64,000 nt of DNA from Chiloscyllium plagiosum (taxonomy: Eukaryota), in the NCBI RefSeq assembly GCF_004010195.1, contig NC_057711.1:80934420-80998419 (forward strand), given 5' to 3'. Under the pieces are notes generated by a model. It was not told the DNA's origin, did no database searches, and was given only the letters and a program-made list of their open reading frames with translations. Shown one piece after another: positions 62,058 to 64,000 of the stretch. Position numbers and translations under genes: made by a program. Each line of letters begins with the position of its first letter. Position 1 is the first letter of the stretch.

Positions 62058-64000
62058 CGCCTACTCCTCGGATGCTGACTGGCCTGCTGTGGTTTTCCAG
62101 CACCACCCTCTTGACTCTGAGCTCCAGCATCTGCAGTCCTCACTTTCTCCACAGCAATCTTCAGTCAGAGTGAATGATCCATCTCAGCTTCCTCCAGGTG
62201 TCTTCAGCCAATTCAATTCACTCCATGTGATATCAAGAAATGGCCGGAGGCATTAGAAAATGCAAAGTGGTTCACAGCGGCTGCAGGAGCAGGTCAGAGG
62301 CAAGGAATACTATGGTGATTAACTCACTTCCTGGCTTCCCAAACCCTATCCAGTACCTTCAAGGCACAAGTCAGGAGTGTAATAAAATTCTCCCCACTTT
62401 CCTGGAAAGGTACAGCTCCACTAACTCTCAAGATGCTTGATACTATCCAGGGCAAAGCATCCTATTTGATTGATACCATATTCACAAGCATCTACTCCCT
62501 CCATCACCATTGCTCAGGAGCAGCAGTGTGCACTATCTACAAAATGCACAATAGAAATTTGCCAAACATCCTCAGACAGCATCTTCCAAACTTGCAACCA
62601 TTTCTATGTTGAAGGATAAGGGCCTTAGATATATGGAAACACCACCATCTTCAAGTTCCCCTCCAAGCCACTCACCATTCTGACTTGGAAATATATTTCC
62701 GCTACTTTACTGTCACTGGGTCAAAATCATGGAATTCCCTCCCTAAGGGCATTGTGGGTCAACCTACAACACATGTACTACAACAGTTCAAGAAGTCAAC
62801 TCACCAGCAACTTCTCAAGGGCATTTAGGAACAGTCAATAAATATTAGCCAATCAGCAAAGCCCACATTCCACAAATGAATTTTAAAAGAATTGTCAATA
62901 TTGCAGTTTGTTATGGGGCTCATCAATAGCTCTTCCGACTGGAGGTGTCCCTAAACTCTGGCCCTGCAGCAGCTGTGAGCTACTTTGTAGCACTGCCTTG
63001 AATGGCCTCATGGTGTCTGCTGTCTTGAATTAAAGATAATGTGAATGTTATTCCTGGTGAGATGGAACTTGAATCTGGACTGTATAGTCCCGAGGTAGGC
63101 ACACTACCACCACACCACAAGAACTTTCTTGAAATTTCAAATATTTAAATAATTGACTCACCTGTTGATTATTTGGCATGAAAAATTGAAACCAGGCACA
63201 GGAGTACACAAACAAACCATATTTCAGGCAGCAGTTTTTGATCAGAGTAAAGAAAAGAACAATGGACTTATCATAGTGAAACTGGATGGCTTGCTTCCTT
63301 CCTCTTTGATCTTTCTCTTAACTTTTTACAATGTCTGGTGAAAAGGTGAAAATGGAGAAACATCCATTGACAAACTTATCTACAAATTTCACTACTACAG
63401 AGGATACCAGTCATCAATTAAACAATCATGGTCTCAGGTTAACCAAACACCTCTAAGGACCTTTCCAACAACATATTCTTGAGCTTTTTTTTTTATTCTA
63501 GATGCTCTCCCTTTTTAAAAAATTATACCAATGTTGGGAATCATGTTTCACTACTTTTCTTAAGGCTCGAAAGAAACTAAGTTCCTCTTTCGTTCAATTG
63601 AGAAAAGCTTATTATCAGCTCCTTCATTTTGAATGAACAAACTGAATTTTTATGGATGTGCAATATAACAGTGTGCCAAAAGCAATTAAAATTGTTACAG
63701 CCAATGGAGGGAGTTAAAAAGAGAGGAACTGACTCCCCGCCTCCTCGCCTGATCTTAACAAGGCTAACTTGTTATGTTTTATTGATGCCATCACTTTCTC
63801 AATATCAATTTGAAAAATCAGGAAACCTGTGATTACAGCTATTTAAAAGGCAGCATCTCAATTAAGCACGAACACAAAAAGTAGTAACACTAGTCCACTA
63901 TCTTAAAAATGGAAATCTAATTGATTTAGTATGAAAGGCTTGATTAGCATGATTCCGTATATAGAATACACATGAATATACAACTGCAGCTGATCATAAC

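Larger units (their letters stand above)
59564..62149 (-). mobile_element. Penelope-like retroelement: decayed RT and GIY-YIG ORF between two direct pLTRs, plus an inverted third pLTR (~61915-62149)
   Basis: YLLPKIHKPDCP.RPIVS, MDIQSLYTSI, LQTKGV..MG..ACLF.GYVE, NVIYSICC..LLYTGDTGR; TSD cacaacaatct (59553-59563)/cacagcaatct (62150-62160). Confidence 0.95.
58000..62890 (+). mobile_element. Second CR1-group LINE with 5' UTR, APE domain, internal RT deletion and 3' end; interrupted by Penelope
   Basis: APE motifs ISGYV..RQDR-like, LLITTYYPP, EPTRG..DLILT, SDH; resumes at 62161; tail caataaat..cccacattccac. Confidence 0.8.

Overview
Eukaryotic (vertebrate), AT-rich, repeat-dense DNA with no recognisable host protein-coding exon. 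The mix of HE1-type tRNA-derived SINEs, several CR1-group LINE families, a Deu-domain SINE and Penelope elements points to a shark or other elasmobranch genome (inference). Nearly all listed ORFs are pieces of transposable elements or antisense artefacts. Highlights: (1) about ten Penelope-like pseudo-LTR insertions carrying minimal type-I hammerhead ribozyme motifs from at least four sequence families, with co-varying stems, including 93-140 bp insertions with target-site duplications (TSDs) whose 5' ends sit at the ribozyme core; (2) a complete LTR-to-LTR endogenous retrovirus (42231-48712, minus strand) with a 5-bp TSD, a tRNA-Ser(CGA) primer-binding site, a PPT and a decayed gamma/epsilon-type env, but no recognisable gag/pol; (3) a composite non-autonomous retroposon with a 21-bp VNTR; (4) a near full-length CR1 with a twin-priming-like 5' inversion; (5) a solo LTR, a Harbinger transposase fossil and a candidate palindromic enhancer. 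All calls are from reading the sequence by eye. Boundaries of old elements are approximate.
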